The notes under the pieces were generated by a model. That model was not told the DNA's origin and made no database searches. It saw only the letters and a list, made by a program, of their open reading frames with translations. Positions 9,764 to 20,813 of a stretch of DNA of 64,000 bases are shown one piece after another (positions within the stretch are counted from its first letter, which is position 1; each line of letters starts with the position of its first letter). This DNA is from Candidatus Norongarragalinales archaeon. Its GTDB lineage: Archaea > Micrarchaeota > Micrarchaeia > Norongarragalinales > Norongarragalinaceae. The DNA is taken from NCBI GenBank assembly GCA_038884755.1, contig JAWABJ010000001.1:650188-714187 (forward strand), written 5' to 3'. The position numbers and the translations under genes are program-made.

Positions 9764-11413
9764 TTACATGTCCATGCCGGGACCGCCCGCTCCGCCCCCG
9801 CCAGGAGGCATTGCAGGCGCCTTGCCCTTGGAAGCGATTATGTCGTCAATGCGCAAAATCATTTCAGCGGCTTCGCTCGCAGACTGCATCGCCTGTTTCT
9901 TCACGCGAACCGGCTCTATGATTCCCAAATCACCCAAATCGTGGACGCGCGCCTTGTAAACGTCTATTCCCAAGCCGGAGTTTTTCTTCTCGTGCTTGCT
10001 GCGCAAGTCCACGATAGTGTCAATGGGGTCCAGACCACAAGACTCGGCCAAAGCACGTGGAATCACTTCCAGCGCTTCGGCGAAAGCGTGAATGGCCAGC
10101 TGCTCCCTTCCACCGACTTCAACCGCGTATTTGCGAAGGCGCATCGCCAACTCCATTTCAGTGCTGCCCCCGCCAGTCACGTACTTGCCATCCTCAACCG
10201 CAGACTTGACAGAGCCTATGGCGTCAACCAACGCCCGTTCAGCCTCGTCGACAACATGCTGCGTGCCCCCGCGAACCAAAAGCGTAACGCTTTTCGGGTC
10301 CTTGCACTTTTCTACGAAAACCATTTGCTCGCCCGCGACCTTGCGCTCTTCAACCAGCCCGGCGTGGCCCAAATCCTTGGTCCCGAGGTCGTCGAGAGTG
10401 GTTACAATGCGGGCGCCAGTAGCGCGAACGAGCTTTTCCATGTCGCTCTTTTTCACGCGCCTTGCGGAAAGTATTCCTTTCTTGGCGAGATAGTGCTGCG
10501 CAACGTCATCAATGCCCTTCTGGCACATGAGCACGTTCGCTCCGGAAGCCGCGATCTTGTCCACCATTGCCCTGAGCATTTTCTCTTCCTGCTCCAAAAA
10601 CGCGGTCATCTGCTCCGGCGAGGTTATGGAAATCCGCGCGTCAGTCTCAGTCTTTTCTATCTCCAACGCCGCGTCGAGCAAAGCGATTTTAGCGTTCTCG
10701 ATTTTTTTGGGCATTCCCGGGTGCACCACTTCCTTGTCGATGAGCACTCCGTTTATGAGGTTGGTCTGCATTACGTCCCCGCCCTGCTTTTTCTCTAGCT
10801 TAATGTAATCCTTGTCCACAGTAATCTTGCCGGCGCTTTCAACTGCAACTTGCGTTACCGCGTCTACAACCATTTTCGCGAGAAAATTGCGGGCTTCGCC
10901 AGCTGAAACCGTTTTGCTCCCCATGGAAACAGCCGCGATTTTCTCGAGCGTAGCCTTGTCTTTCAAGCCCACGGTTTGCGAAACGGAATGCAATTCGTCA
11001 ATCGCCTTTGCAGAAGCCATTTTGTAGCCCGCGATTATGGTCGAAGCGTGAATCGACTGGTCGAGCAAGTCTAACGCATTCTTCAAAAGCTCTCCCGAAA
11101 GCACGACAGCAGTAGTCGTCCCGTCGCCCACTTCCTCGTCCTGGGTTTTCGCGATTTCGACCATCATTTTTGCAGCAGGATGCTCCACGTTCATTTCCTG
11201 CAAAATCGTGGCGCCATCGTTCGTTATCACTATGTCGCCCATGTCTGAAACCATCATCTTATCCATTCCCCGCGGGCCTAGAGTCGTTTTGACTGCCGAA
11301 GCCACGGCATACGCCACGGCAATATTCGTCCTTTGCGCATCCCTTCCCAATAGCCTTGAAGAGCCTTCCGGCAACACCAAAACGTTTTGTCCGTTAATTT
11401 GTCCTTGAGTCAT
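9764..11413 (-). CDS. ths: Thermosome (group II chaperonin) subunit
   Basis: [24 protein letters not shown], Gly/Met-rich tail. Confidence 0.97.
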   Translation of the reverse strand: MTQGQINGQNVLVLPEGSSRLLGRDAQRTNIAVAYAVASAVKTTLGPRGMDKMMVSDMGDIVITNDGATILQEMNVEHPAAKMMVEIAKTQDEEVGDGTTTAVVLSGELLKNALDLLDQSIHASTIIAGYKMASAKAIDELHSVSQTVGLKDKATLEKIAAVSMGSKTVSAGEARNFLAKMVVDAVTQVAVESAGKITVDKDYIKLEKKQGGDVMQTNLINGVLIDKEVVHPGMPKKIENAKIALLDAALEIEKTETDARISITSPEQMTAFLEQEEKMLRAMVDKIAASGANVLMCQKGIDDVAQHYLAKKGILSARRVKKSDMEKLVRATGARIVTTLDDLGTKDLGHAGLVEERKVAGEQMVFVEKCKDPKSVTLLVRGGTQHVVDEAERALVDAIGSVKSAVEDGKYVTGGGSTEMELAMRLRKYAVEVGGREQLAIHAFAEALEVIPRALAESCGLDPIDTIVDLRSKHEKKNSGLGIDVYKARVHDLGDLGIIEPVRVKKQAMQSASEAAEMILRIDDIIASKGKAPAMPPGGGGAGGPGMDM

Positions 11414-11542
11414 ACCACATCCACCTCTCTTGAAAAAGCATTGATACGATTAGAAACCGCAACTACGCTGTAGCAAAAAGCGATTGCCTGAGAATTGACC
11501 TTCCATATTTATACGCGCAAAGTGTCTTTTAAAAATTTCGGT

Positions 11543-13258
11543 TCAGGTCCTTTTGCTCCTCGCTTCGATGACCTTCCGCTTGCCCTCGATTTCCTTGTCA
11601 TCTATTTTCTTGAACAGGATTTCTGGCTCCCCCAGCGTGTGCCCGCTCTTCAAACCCAATTCCAAGGCATCATCCCACTCCACGCCTTCGAACCTCACGT
11701 TCAACTGCGAAAAAATCCGCCTGGAGGTGAACGGCACGAACGGCTCGAGGATTATCGCGATGCTACGCAGCGCGTTCGCAGTGAGAAAAACGCAGGTTTT
11801 CGCTTTTTCGGGATCAGTTTTGATAGCATGCCACGGCGCGGAGTCGTTGAAGTACTTGTTTGCCTCGCGGGCGAGGCCTACGGCGCAATGCAACGCTTCC
11901 TGAAGCTTGTACGCCAAAAGCAGTTCACGCGTTTTCTTTACGCTATCCGCAATGGTTTTCTTGAACGCCTTGTCGCCCTCGTCAAGCTTTTTCGAAACGG
12001 GGATTTTCGAGCCGTAGTTGTTTTTCGCGAAAACTAGGCAGCGTTGAAGCAAGTTACCCAGCGTGTCGGCCAAATCGCCGTTGACGCGTGTTTGAAACTC
12101 GCTCCAGAAAAAGTTGGTGTCGCTGTGCTCTGGCAGGATGGATAGGAGATAATAACGCCAGTAATCCGCTGGAAACCAGTCCAGCGCCTCGTCCGTAAAA
12201 ATGCCCCACTTGCGAGACGTAGAGAATTTTTCGCCTTCGTAATTCAAGAATTCGACACTCTTTACCTGGTAAGGGAGTACGGCGTATTCCGACGCGAAAA
12301 GCACCGCCGGCCACGTCACCGTGTGAAACGCAATATTGTCTTTCCCAAGAAAATGGATTATTTTCGATTGCGGACCACGCCAGTACTCCTCCCACCTTGC
12401 GCTTTCCCCTTTCTCGTCGAAAAGCTGTTTTGTAATCGAGATATAGCCTATGGGCGCGTCGAACCAAACGTAGAAAACCTTGTCTTCGTACCCTTTCAGC
12501 GGCACGCGCACTCCCCACTGCAAATCGCGCGTTATGCAACGCTCCCGCAAGCCTTCGCGAATCCACTGCAGCGCGAAGTTTCTCGCGTTGGAAGGCCACT
12601 GCTTTTGCTTTTCAATCCACTTGCGCAGTGGCTCGCTGACTTTCGGAAGGTCGAGAAACAAGTGCCTGCTCTCGCGGAAGTCGATGTTGTTTTTTCCGCA
12701 AATAACGCACGATGGGTTCAAAAGCTCTATCGGGTCGAGGACCTTGCCGCATTTTTCGCACTGGTCGCCCTTGGCGTAAGGGTAAGCGCAATGCGGGCAC
12801 TTGCCGGCCACGTACCTATCCGGTAAAAACCGCTTGTCGGTCAGGCAAAACGGAAGCTTCAGGGTTTTTTCCGCAATCAACCCCTTCGCATGCAAGCGCT
12901 TGAACACTTCCTGTGTGGTCTCGTGGTTTTGTTTTGCGCTGGTACGCCCGAAGTAATCAAAACGCAATCCCCACTTTTCGTATATGCCGCGCTGGATTTC
13001 GTAGTACTTGTTGACGTAATCGCGAATGGGCGTTTTCTCTTCGAGAGCTGCGACTTCGCAGGCGGTCCCGTGCTCGTCCGTCCCGCATACGAAAATCACG
13101 TCTTCGCCCTGCAAGCGTAAAAAACGCGCGTAAACGTCGGCGGGAAGCATGCTTCCCAGTAGGTTGCCCAAATGCTTTACCCCGTTGACGTAAGGCAACG
13201 CGCTCGTGACAACTATCTTTTCCTTTGCTTTCGCCTTTCCCTTCAAGAAGCAAACCAC
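11543..13258 (-). CDS. metG: Methionyl-tRNA synthetase (no C-terminal tRNA-binding domain)
   Basis: TSALPYVNG.KHLGN, GTDEHG, YVWFDA, KFSTS. Confidence 0.96.
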   Translation of the reverse strand: MVCFLKGKAKAKEKIVVTSALPYVNGVKHLGNLLGSMLPADVYARFLRLQGEDVIFVCGTDEHGTACEVAALEEKTPIRDYVNKYYEIQRGIYEKWGLRFDYFGRTSAKQNHETTQEVFKRLHAKGLIAEKTLKLPFCLTDKRFLPDRYVAGKCPHCAYPYAKGDQCEKCGKVLDPIELLNPSCVICGKNNIDFRESRHLFLDLPKVSEPLRKWIEKQKQWPSNARNFALQWIREGLRERCITRDLQWGVRVPLKGYEDKVFYVWFDAPIGYISITKQLFDEKGESARWEEYWRGPQSKIIHFLGKDNIAFHTVTWPAVLFASEYAVLPYQVKSVEFLNYEGEKFSTSRKWGIFTDEALDWFPADYWRYYLLSILPEHSDTNFFWSEFQTRVNGDLADTLGNLLQRCLVFAKNNYGSKIPVSKKLDEGDKAFKKTIADSVKKTRELLLAYKLQEALHCAVGLAREANKYFNDSAPWHAIKTDPEKAKTCVFLTANALRSIAIILEPFVPFTSRRIFSQLNVRFEGVEWDDALELGLKSGHTLGEPEILFKKIDDKEIEGKRKVIEARSKRT

Positions 13259-13355
13259 CGCTTATCGGCAAACGCAAAAAAATATGGAAAAACAAGGTTA
13301 AAAATGAGCGTCGGGATTGCGCGCAAGCGCTTCACAAAAAGGGGGGGGGAAGGCT

Positions 13356-13441
13356 TATGCAGAAATGCAGGAAATCTTTTGCTTCCAGCAAGGCTAAGAA
13401 TGCATTTCTGCAGCTATAGAAGCCGGATGCCGGCTTCTATA
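13356..13441 (-). terminator. Two tandem 12-bp stem-loops followed by a C/T tract, downstream of the small gene
   Basis: TATAGAAGCCGG/CCGGCTTCTATA and TGCAGAAATGCA/TGCATTTCTGCA inverted repeats. Confidence 0.45.
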
Positions 13442-13591
13442 TTATGCAGCCTTCTTCAAATCCTTGATTCTCTCTGCGACGCCCTTCGCCTCTTTTTCAA
13501 GAGACTCTTGGTAGTCCTCGAGCATCTCGATTTTCTCTTCCTTCGTCAGGAAGCCGCGCATGCCGTAGCACCCGCAGTCGTATCCACCCAT
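13442..13591 (-). CDS. Small coiled-coil protein (DUF5320-like), 49 aa
   Basis: MGGYDCGCYGMRGFLTKEEKIEMLEDYQESLEKEAKGVAERIKDLKKAA*; strong SD GGAGGTG; divergent from PadR gene; below ORF-track cutoff. Confidence 0.75.
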   Translation of the reverse strand: MGGYDCGCYGMRGFLTKEEKIEMLEDYQESLEKEAKGVAERIKDLKKAA

Positions 13592-13674
13592 TTTGCACAC
13601 CTCCCTATTTTGTTATCGGACATACGATATACAGCAAAACGCATATTTAAATATATCGGTCGTCCAATACGTTT

Positions 13675-13977
13675 ATGGGAAAAACCGATGCTTGCTGTGA
13701 CATGCGGGGGATGCTGTCGTTCTTGTTGCTGTTCTTGATTTCGAAAAAGCCCATGCACGGGAAGGAAATAGCTGACGAGCTGGAGCGCAGGAAGGGAGAA
13801 AGGCCGAGCCCTGGAACCATTTACCCCGCACTGAAGGCTTTGAAGCAATCGGGGTTCGTGAAGGAGAAGAAATCGGGCAAGACGATTACGTATACCATTA
13901 CCGACAGCGGGAAGCGGGCGTTGAAGGTTTCGAGGGATAGGTTTTGCAGGACGTTCGTAGAAGTTTTCGAGGCATGA
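13675..13977 (+). CDS. PadR-family transcriptional regulator
   Basis: PMHGKEI...PSPGTIYPALK.L...Y.IT..G. Confidence 0.9.
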   Translation: MGKTDACCDMRGMLSFLLLFLISKKPMHGKEIADELERRKGERPSPGTIYPALKALKQSGFVKEKKSGKTITYTITDSGKRALKVSRDRFCRTFVEVFEA

Positions 13978-13983
13978 GGTATC

Positions 13984-14253
13984 ATGAGCGAAGCAACCGA
14001 ATTAAGAAAGGAAATAGGAAAGCTCAAGGAGAGGAACACCAAAGTAGAGGCGGACAAGGCTTGGGAAACGAGCTGGGCGAGAAAACTCTTGATTTTCGTG
14101 CTTACGTATTTGGCTATGGTCGTTTATTTTCAAGCAACGGGACTTCCGAATCCGCTCGTCAATTCCTTTGTGCCAGCATTGGCTTTCGTCATTTCCACCC
14201 TAAGCCTGCCTTTCTTCAAGAAACACTGGACTGAAAGAATTTACAGAAAGTAA
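13984..14253 (+). CDS. Small membrane hypothetical protein
   Basis: RN.KVEADKAWETSW.RK motif plus TM segments. Confidence 0.65.
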   Translation: MSEATELRKEIGKLKERNTKVEADKAWETSWARKLLIFVLTYLAMVVYFQATGLPNPLVNSFVPALAFVISTLSLPFFKKHWTERIYRK

Positions 14254-14255
14254 AA

Positions 14256-14396
14256 TGCTCCGCCCGGGATTCGAACCCGGGTTGCTGGCTGTCCATACGG
14301 CCTTTCTTTTTTCGTCGAGGTTTTTTCTTTCCGCGAAAGAAAAAAAAAAGGTCGTTTGAAAGGCCAGCGTCCTGGACCGGACTAGACGAGCGGAGC
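14256..14396 (-). tRNA. tRNA-Glu(TTC) with 66-nt intron at 37/38 (14291-14356)
   Basis: Mature GCTCCGCTCGTCTAGTCCGGTCCAGGACGCTGGCCTTTCA|AGCCAGCAACCCGGGTTCGAATCCCGGGCGGAGCA. Confidence 0.92.
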
Positions 14397-14439
14397 TCTT
14401 CTAGCATTAGGGAATAGAAAGAATTTGCTCGCGCGGGTT

Positions 14440-15102
14440 TTAAATGATTTTTCTTTCGCGAAGTTTCGAGAAGACGAGCATGGAAACCTCTTCCTTGCCT
14501 TTTAGCCTCCCGTTTTCCATGCATTTTATGACGAGCCAGTGTTTTTCCTTCGCCAAACGCAGGTAGTTGTCGTAGACGGCGTTCGCGTAAAAAGCGTCTT
14601 TCTCGTGAATGTCTTTCTTGACCCCGCGAATCTTGTTCTTCCTTTTTTCAATCAGCCTTCCGCTTTGGACCGGCGGAACGTCGAGAAATATTACTATATC
14701 GGCTTTAGGCAACCCTTGCTCCACGCGTTCTATCCACTCGAGCATTCTTCTTCTTCGTTCTGCAGTAAGCCCCGCCGTCTGGTAAGCTAGGTTGGCTTGC
14801 GTATACCGGTCTAAAACGACGATGAAGCCTTTCCGCAAGTAATCTTCAATTTCGCCTTTGCGTGAATACCGGTCCAAAGCGTAAAGCAGCGAGGCAAAGT
14901 GCTTTGAAACTTTCCCTCGCCCCCCAAATTTTCCCTTCAAGTAAAGCGCGATTAGCTTTCCCACGGGAGTGGCGTAAGAAGGAAAGTCCATCAAAACCGC
15001 TTTCTTTCCCGAGCGCTTGAGGTTTTTCACCAAAAGCTCTGCTTGCGTTTTCTTGCCCGAAGCGTCAATGCCTTCGAAAACGATTAAAGCCACTGAACCC
15101 AC
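14440..15102 (-). CDS. tmk: Thymidylate kinase
   Basis: FEGIDASGKKTQ P-loop, LYALDR, DRY motifs. Confidence 0.92.
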   Translation of the reverse strand: MGSVALIVFEGIDASGKKTQAELLVKNLKRSGKKAVLMDFPSYATPVGKLIALYLKGKFGGRGKVSKHFASLLYALDRYSRKGEIEDYLRKGFIVVLDRYTQANLAYQTAGLTAERRRRMLEWIERVEQGLPKADIVIFLDVPPVQSGRLIEKRKNKIRGVKKDIHEKDAFYANAVYDNYLRLAKEKHWLVIKCMENGRLKGKEEVSMLVFSKLRERKII

Positions 15103-15112
15103 CGTTGGAAAA

Positions 15113-15676
15113 CTATCTTATGAAATTGCGCAGCACTGATGCCGCGAAGGGAATAAGGATGTTGTCGTCTACCTTCAAGTCCACGCTTTCGACTACTGCC
15201 AGCAAAAGCGAGTATATAACGGCGTTTTGCAGGCCCAAAAAAAACATTGACGAAGCGACGCCCGCTAGGATGAAAGCGCCAAGTCCGTCCCAGGTCTTAT
15301 TCTTGTTGAACGGAAGCGGGCGCGTGCCTGAAACGCCGACGAGCGTGGCGAAACCGTCTCCGAAAGCTAGAATTGCAAGGATTCCCATCGCGAAGTTGAA
15401 GTCAACCGCGGAAAACAGGAACAGGGCGCCTGCCACGTACGTGAGTCCGCCGCGCGCGGGAATGCGCTCGCGCCTGTCGAAGGTTTCCAGCATGAAGTCT
15501 ATGAACTTGTTCCTCCACCCTTCGATTTTAAGCTGCACGAACATCAAGCCCAAAAGCAGGATTATTCCCAAAAGCAGTATGGTCAAGTCGCGGCCTGCAA
15601 AGTTGGCTATGAACAAAAGCATGGTTCCGAAGAGCATGTGCAAAATCTGTCGTCCCAGTTCCACCATTCGCAACAC
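15113..15676 (-). CDS. Dolichol/phytol kinase-like (SEC59/DGK1/VTE5 family) membrane protein
   Basis: RQILH, FGDGFATLVG, KTWDG, DDNILIP. Confidence 0.85.
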   Translation of the reverse strand: MLRMVELGRQILHMLFGTMLLFIANFAGRDLTILLLGIILLLGLMFVQLKIEGWRNKFIDFMLETFDRRERIPARGGLTYVAGALFLFSAVDFNFAMGILAILAFGDGFATLVGVSGTRPLPFNKNKTWDGLGAFILAGVASSMFFLGLQNAVIYSLLLAVVESVDLKVDDNILIPFAASVLRNFIR

Positions 15677-15680
15677 CGTT

Positions 15681-16193
15681 TCAGGCTACTTTCTTGTTCA
15701 ACAGGTTTTCGTCCAGCATCTCGTCCAAGTCGAACTTCGCATCGCCGCCGTAAAACTTTTGCCAAATTTCGAAAACTGCAAGGTAAACCATTACAGCCAG
15801 AGCCACGCCTCCCGCAATCTGGTCGAGCGAGTGGACGCCGAGCCAAACCCTTGACAGCGATATTATTACGGACAAGAAAAACAACGGGAGGAATAGGGAC
15901 GTTCCTATCGCGCCCATGGCTAGGGCGGTTGTTGCTACGGCGTGCGTGGAGGGGAAGCCTTCGGAAGAAGGGCAGGGAATCTGACCGTTGCCCGCGATTT
16001 CACAAGGGCGTGGTTGGTCGAAAAAAGCTTTCAGGCCCACGCCCAGCGCCAAAGCCAAGACCAGCGAAATGACGAAAACCTTCTGGTTTTTGGCGAAAAA
16101 AAACACTAGAAGGAAGGCGACTGCAGCGTAGGCAAGGAAACCCCAAGTGCTGTGGAAGAAAAGCCCTATGGAATTGAAAACGGAGGTTAACAT
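15681..16193 (-). CDS. PAP2-family phosphatase
   Basis: K....PRP, FPSTHA, SRVWLGVH motifs. Confidence 0.9.
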   Translation of the reverse strand: MLTSVFNSIGLFFHSTWGFLAYAAVAFLLVFFFAKNQKVFVISLVLALALGVGLKAFFDQPRPCEIAGNGQIPCPSSEGFPSTHAVATTALAMGAIGTSLFLPLFFLSVIISLSRVWLGVHSLDQIAGGVALAVMVYLAVFEIWQKFYGGDAKFDLDEMLDENLLNKKVA

Positions 16194-16273
16194 GAGAAAT
16201 CTCGAAAGGACTTAAGAAAACAAGGCTTTTTAGTCTTGCGAAAGCAAAAAAGTTTTGAAGAAAATACCTATAC

Positions 16274-16363
16274 GCCGGAGTAGCTCAGTTGGTTAGAGCG
16301 CTAGACTCATAAGCGCAACGCTGTGAAACCTAGAGGTCGGGTGTTCAATTCTCCCCTCCGGCA
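16274..16363 (+). tRNA. tRNA-Met(CAT), elongator type, with 16-nt intron at 37/38 (16312-16327)
   Basis: GCCGGAGTAGCTCAGTTGGTTAGAGCGCTAGACTCATA|ACCTAGAGGTCGGGTGTTCAATTCTCCCCTCCGGCA; GCC acceptor start as in archaeal elongator Met. Confidence 0.88.
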
Positions 16364-16364
16364 T

Positions 16365-17129
16365 TCAACGCTTTTTCGCCACAGGCTTCATCAAAAGAAA
16401 ATGCCTGTTTCCTTCAGAGTGGATGTAAATCCCGCGAAAGCCTTTCCAGTCCACGAACTTGTAGGCGGTTTCAAGCGGGTGCCCCTGCTCTTCGACCAAC
16501 TCCAAAAGATAGTGCCTGCGCTGTTCGTTTAAATCGTGCAGTTGAGTTTTGACCGCGCTCAAGGTTTTGGTCTTATCCAAAGTAACCCGGTCCAAGCCCG
16601 CCAGTTTCGAAACGTCCATCTCTTTCTGGGGAAAATTCAGCCGCCCGCGAATGTAAAAACGGTGTTCGCCGGGACCGTACCTGTTCGCAACCCAGTCTGC
16701 AACCCTGAACCCCTCGTGGTTTACGTTGACTACCAAAGACGGGATGTTGTGGGGGCTCATGGTGCTTTGCTTCGTTCGATTGCCGAGCATTTCCTTGATG
16801 CGGGCATGCATCATCGTCGCTATCCCCAAACCGCGGTAGTCCCTGTGAACGCCGTTGAACAAAGTCAAAAACGAGTTTCCCTCGCCTTTCAACGCTATGT
16901 AAAAGCCGACAGGCGTTTTATCGTAAAAAGAAACCAAAACAATGCCCGGCCGTCCCAACTTAGGGTCGACTATCTGGAGCAACGCATCCTTACCCAGGTA
17001 AGGGTGTTTTTTTCTCTTGCCGCTCCTGCTCACGCTGGCGTGCAATTGAAGTTCTTCAAGCTGTTCCGCCAGCCTGTGCTCGTCAGGATGCAGTTCGCGA
17101 ACCAAAATGTTTTCAGCGGGTTTTCTCAT
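16365..17129 (-). CDS. GNAT-family N-acetyltransferase domain protein
   Basis: GVHRDYRGLGIAT acetyl-CoA motif, N.PS...N...GF. Confidence 0.75.
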   Translation of the reverse strand: MRKPAENILVRELHPDEHRLAEQLEELQLHASVSRSGKRKKHPYLGKDALLQIVDPKLGRPGIVLVSFYDKTPVGFYIALKGEGNSFLTLFNGVHRDYRGLGIATMMHARIKEMLGNRTKQSTMSPHNIPSLVVNVNHEGFRVADWVANRYGPGEHRFYIRGRLNFPQKEMDVSKLAGLDRVTLDKTKTLSAVKTQLHDLNEQRRHYLLELVEEQGHPLETAYKFVDWKGFRGIYIHSEGNRHFLLMKPVAKKR

Positions 17130-17140
17130 TCACACACCGT

Positions 17141-17638
17141 TCAAGCGTGAAACGCTTCCACAAAATAGTCGCGCCCGTCCTTGCGCACGAAAATGTCGTG
17201 CATGGGAAGCGAACGCTGGTTTGACACGACGAACTCCTTCAGCATGAGTGAATCCGATGGAATCATTTTCTCTGGAAGCTTGTCCAAATCGAACCACTCG
17301 ACTTCCCCTTCTATCGAACGCGTCAATTGCAGTTGCTTCGGCTTCAGCTGCACTACAAAAAGCAGGAAATGCTGTTTTTCCTTTGCATTGTCCTGTGGCG
17401 TTATTATTTCCGAAGAAATGCCGCGCAGCGCCACGAACTCGCAATCCAAACCCGTTTCTTCGCGGGCTTCGCGCACCGCCGCTTCCTTAAGCGTTTCCCC
17501 GAAGTTTATCTTCCCGCCAGGAAAACCCCACTGGTCTTTGTAAAGCCGCTTTTCGTGCTTCAGCAGGAGAATCTTGTTTTCAAACAAAATCGCGTCAAGC
17601 ACAACACCCAACGGCTTTTGCTCTTCCGCCCCGTTCAT
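17141..17638 (-). CDS. NUDIX hydrolase
   Basis: [25 protein letters not shown]udix box. Confidence 0.9.
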   Translation of the reverse strand: MNGAEEQKPLGVVLDAILFENKILLLKHEKRLYKDQWGFPGGKINFGETLKEAAVREAREETGLDCEFVALRGISSEIITPQDNAKEKQHFLLFVVQLKPKQLQLTRSIEGEVEWFDLDKLPEKMIPSDSLMLKEFVVSNQRSLPMHDIFVRKDGRDYFVEAFHA

Positions 17639-20280
17639 GAGAATTTTCCCCTCGCAAACGCCTTGTCCCCGCCGCCCTTGGCGCCCTTCGCCTTAAGCAG
17701 TTCAACCGCATTCTCCCCGCTTTGCGCGCCCGACGCCGCCGCAATAAACCCCTCCTTGTTCCAAACTACCACGCTCGCGCGGGGGTTTAATTCTATCGTT
17801 TTCAACGCTATCTTCTCCAAAAGCCTCTGGGGCGCATTCAACTCCTGCGAAGTTTTATCTTTCAAAGAAAACTCGCGTGCGTAATTCTCCGCGTTCTTCT
17901 CCCACAAATCCTCGATTTCCTTCTTTTGCGCTTTCCACTCCTCAAAAAACCTTTGCACAGTCGAAGGCAACTCGTCCAAATGCACGCTCAAAACATCTGC
18001 AGCATCTTGCAAATACGCTTCGTGCTCGCTAACGTAAGCCAAAGCCCGGTCTCCGGCCTTGTAGCGTATTCTCAACACCCCGTCCTGAACTTGTTCTATG
18101 GCGGTTATTTTGATGAAACCTATATCCTTAGTATTTTCACAATGCGTCCCCCCGCAAGCTTGAACGTCCCAACCTACGATTTCGACAATACGCACTTCGT
18201 CCGAAGGCGGCCCGCCTCCCTGGTAAATGCCAAAACCGTACTTTCGCTCAGCCTCTCCCCGCGGCTGGAAAGAACACTTGATTGGAAGGCCTTTGCGCAC
18301 GACTTCGTTAGCCAAACGCTCTATCTCTCTCCTTTCCTCGCCAGTGATTTTCTTGTAATGCGTAATGTTAACGTGCCCTTCATCCTCGTCTTTTCTCGAG
18401 CCGGCTTGCCAAACGTGCTTTCCCAAAACGTTTTGAGCCGCGCGAAGCACGACGTGCGTTGCAGAATGGTGCTTTCGAATGTCCTCGCGGCGTTTTTCGT
18501 CGAGCTTCAGAGAAACTCCCTTGCCTTTCGCGAAAGGTGAGTGTTTTTCCAAACAGTGGACAACAACGCCATCTTCCTTTTGTACATCACGAACAAAAAC
18601 CCCGTCGATCCACCCGTGGTCTCCGCACTGCCCTCCGCCTTCGGGATAGAAAATAGTCTGGTCCAAAACGATTTTGTCTTCCTTCGAACCCATTACTTTC
18701 GCGTCCAAGGCGTAAGCGAAGGGCTTGTCGTAATAAACCAATTTCGTTGGCTTGAGCCCGTCGAACTCTTTCTTTTTCGCTTGCGCCTGCTTTTCCAAAA
18801 CGTGCTTTTCAGCAAGCTTCTTGTAAAAGTCGGTTGGAGCGGAAAGCTGCACGCCTTGCTGTTTCGAAACGCTTTCCACCAATTCAGGCGTAATCCCGTG
18901 GCTCTCGTACAAAACCATCATTTTGTCGGAAGTCAAAGGCTCTTTGCGCGAAATTATTTCGCGAACCTTGTTCGAAGCGTTTTTCAGCGATTCTTCGTAC
19001 TTCTGCTTTTCAACGTCTATTATTTCCTGCAGTGCAGGCAACCGTTCTTCAAACTCGGGCCACAATTGCTTGAGTTCGCGCGCGTGGAGTTTCATCAAGT
19101 CCATCAAGCTCAAATTCAAGTTGTGGTCTTTCACGAACGAAAAGCAACGGCGGAACAACAAGCGAAGGTTATAGCCGCCTCCCGTGTTTGAGGGTATCGC
19201 ACCGTCGCTCAACGCCATTAAAAGCGTACGCGAGTGGTCTGCCAAAGCGTAAATAGCTTGCATGGGCGCGATTTGCTTTTCCATCTCTTCGAGCGAAAGC
19301 CCGAGCATTGACGCTATCTTCTGCTTTTCCTCGCGCATATTACGAACGCTTTCAACGTCCAATCCTGCCGAGAGCGACGCGTATTTGCGCAAAAGCGCAT
19401 CGTCAAAACGCAGTCCGGAGTGTTTTTTCGCGTACGCTATCACGGACGGAAAAACCGCATCGTACGCGGTCAATTCGCCCGTGTAATACCACAACAACCT
19501 TTCAAAACCCCAGCCCACGTCTACCACGCGCATTGGAAGTTCTTTCGTCCCTTCCTTCGCGTCCCAGTAGTACTGCATGAAAACGCTATTCACTAGTTCG
19601 CTGCCATTCGCAAAGCTTTCGATGCACGGGCCGAACGCGCTGAAGTCTGGCATTGACCAAACGTCTTCGGCGTAAGTCAAATCGTTCTTGGGGACTTTCA
19701 AAACCTTAGTCAAAAAGTCGTAATTTAGCCGAATGCAATCGTCGAGCCAGTACGCTTTCTTGTCTTTCGGGTGGTTGAACGACTTTTGCCCGGCCATCAT
19801 GAAGCCGGAAAAATGACGGCCCGTAACCCCGACGTTCGCAATGTCCACAAACCTCATGCAAGGCTGCGGCACGACCAAGGGATTCGCGGGGTATTCGAAA
19901 ACTACTTTTCCGCCTTCCAACCTTTGAAAATCCACTACGTCAGCAATGACGAAAAACAAGTCGTCTCTCCACTTTGCGAGCAAAGGATAGCGTGGAATTA
20001 CCTCGTGGTTGTTTTTCTTCCAGAAGTCGGCGAATTTCTTCCAAAACGCGGCGTAGCTCTCGCGCAAAGGCGTTTTCTTGAAGAAAGAGTATTCCTCGTG
20101 AGAACTGTCTCCGCACGAGTCGCTTCCGCCCGCAGTCCAATAGTTTTTGCCGCACTTTACGCACGTTTTCCTCACAAAACCCTGCTCGTCGAACAATTTC
20201 GTTTTATAATATTTCGTAGGGTTTTTGGAAAACTCGTCTTTCAAGCGTTCTTTCGACACTCCAGGCAAGTAAAGAGGCAT
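17635..20280 (-). CDS. alaS: Alanyl-tRNA synthetase (archaeal type)
   Basis: [41 protein letters not shown]; start moved to MPLYLP because the longer ORF overlaps rnpB. Confidence 0.95.
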   Translation of the reverse strand: MPLYLPGVSKERLKDEFSKNPTKYYKTKLFDEQGFVRKTCVKCGKNYWTAGGSDSCGDSSHEEYSFFKKTPLRESYAAFWKKFADFWKKNNHEVIPRYPLLAKWRDDLFFVIADVVDFQRLEGGKVVFEYPANPLVVPQPCMRFVDIANVGVTGRHFSGFMMAGQKSFNHPKDKKAYWLDDCIRLNYDFLTKVLKVPKNDLTYAEDVWSMPDFSAFGPCIESFANGSELVNSVFMQYYWDAKEGTKELPMRVVDVGWGFERLLWYYTGELTAYDAVFPSVIAYAKKHSGLRFDDALLRKYASLSAGLDVESVRNMREEKQKIASMLGLSLEEMEKQIAPMQAIYALADHSRTLLMALSDGAIPSNTGGGYNLRLLFRRCFSFVKDHNLNLSLMDLMKLHARELKQLWPEFEERLPALQEIIDVEKQKYEESLKNASNKVREIISRKEPLTSDKMMVLYESHGITPELVESVSKQQGVQLSAPTDFYKKLAEKHVLEKQAQAKKKEFDGLKPTKLVYYDKPFAYALDAKVMGSKEDKIVLDQTIFYPEGGGQCGDHGWIDGVFVRDVQKEDGVVVHCLEKHSPFAKGKGVSLKLDEKRREDIRKHHSATHVVLRAAQNVLGKHVWQAGSRKDEDEGHVNITHYKKITGEERREIERLANEVVRKGLPIKCSFQPRGEAERKYGFGIYQGGGPPSDEVRIVEIVGWDVQACGGTHCENTKDIGFIKITAIEQVQDGVLRIRYKAGDRALAYVSEHEAYLQDAADVLSVHLDELPSTVQRFFEEWKAQKKEIEDLWEKNAENYAREFSLKDKTSQELNAPQRLLEKIALKTIELNPRASVVVWNKEGFIAAASGAQSGENAVELLKAKGAKGGGDKAFARGKFS

Positions 20281-20325
20281 AATCGCTTTTACTCGCTCAA
20301 AGTTTAAAAGAGTGAAGAGGAACGG

Positions 20326-20642
20326 GGGTGTCGGGTCGTAGTCCGCTTTTTGTTGCTCGCGACATCCGTCTAAGCGTCCGGCAAACGGGACTTGCACCCC
20401 TTATAGCCCAGCTCGTTTCACCCGACTTCCGCGCAACGTCACATTACGGTCATACTGCGCGCGGTTCGGTATCGTTTCTATTCCAGGCTCGCGCCCAAAA
20501 CGCGGGCACTTGCGTGCCTCCGTCCTTTGCTTTCTTTGATTGAACTTTCTTTCTCAAAGAAAGTTCAGGAGGGTGAGCGGAACTTCCTCAGCTGCCTCCC
20601 CTTATGCAGGAAAGGCTACCGACAGTCGCGCACCCAACACCC
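20326..20642 (-). ncRNA. rnpB: RNase P RNA with an A/U-rich insertion (~20523-20570)
   Basis: GAGGAAGTTCCGCTCACCC (CR-I), TAGAAACG, TGAAACG, GGGTGCAAG, AACAAAAAGCGGACTAC (CR-V); terminal P1 stem. Confidence 0.9.
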
Positions 20643-20786
20643 TTAAAGTAAGTATGCCCGAAGGGGCTTAAAAACGTAGTTGAAGTGAATAAAACGGCAT
20701 TGGAAAGAAAGCTTGCAGAAACGAGAAAAAGAAAAAAAAAAGAAAATAAAAAGGAAAAAAGATTTTTTTTGAAATCCTCAACGAAT

Positions 20787-20813
20787 TTATCTGCGTCTGC
20801 GTCTCTTTGCCAT
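20787..20813 (-). CDS. Candidate 8-aa basic micro-peptide MAKRRRRR
   Basis: ATG GCA AAG AGA CGC AGA CGC AGA TAA with GGGTGA SD 9 nt upstream, TTTATATA box ~60 nt upstream and a long T-rich tract downstream. Confidence 0.4.
   Translation of the reverse strand: MAKRRRRR

Noticed and set aside
16274..16363. tRNA(CAT) as initiator Met or Ile2
   Set aside because: G1-C72 GCC acceptor fits elongator Met; lacks A1-U72 and the three G-C anticodon-stem pairs
20281..20397. N-terminal extension of alaS in the ORF track
   Set aside because: Overlaps the 3' part of RNase P RNA
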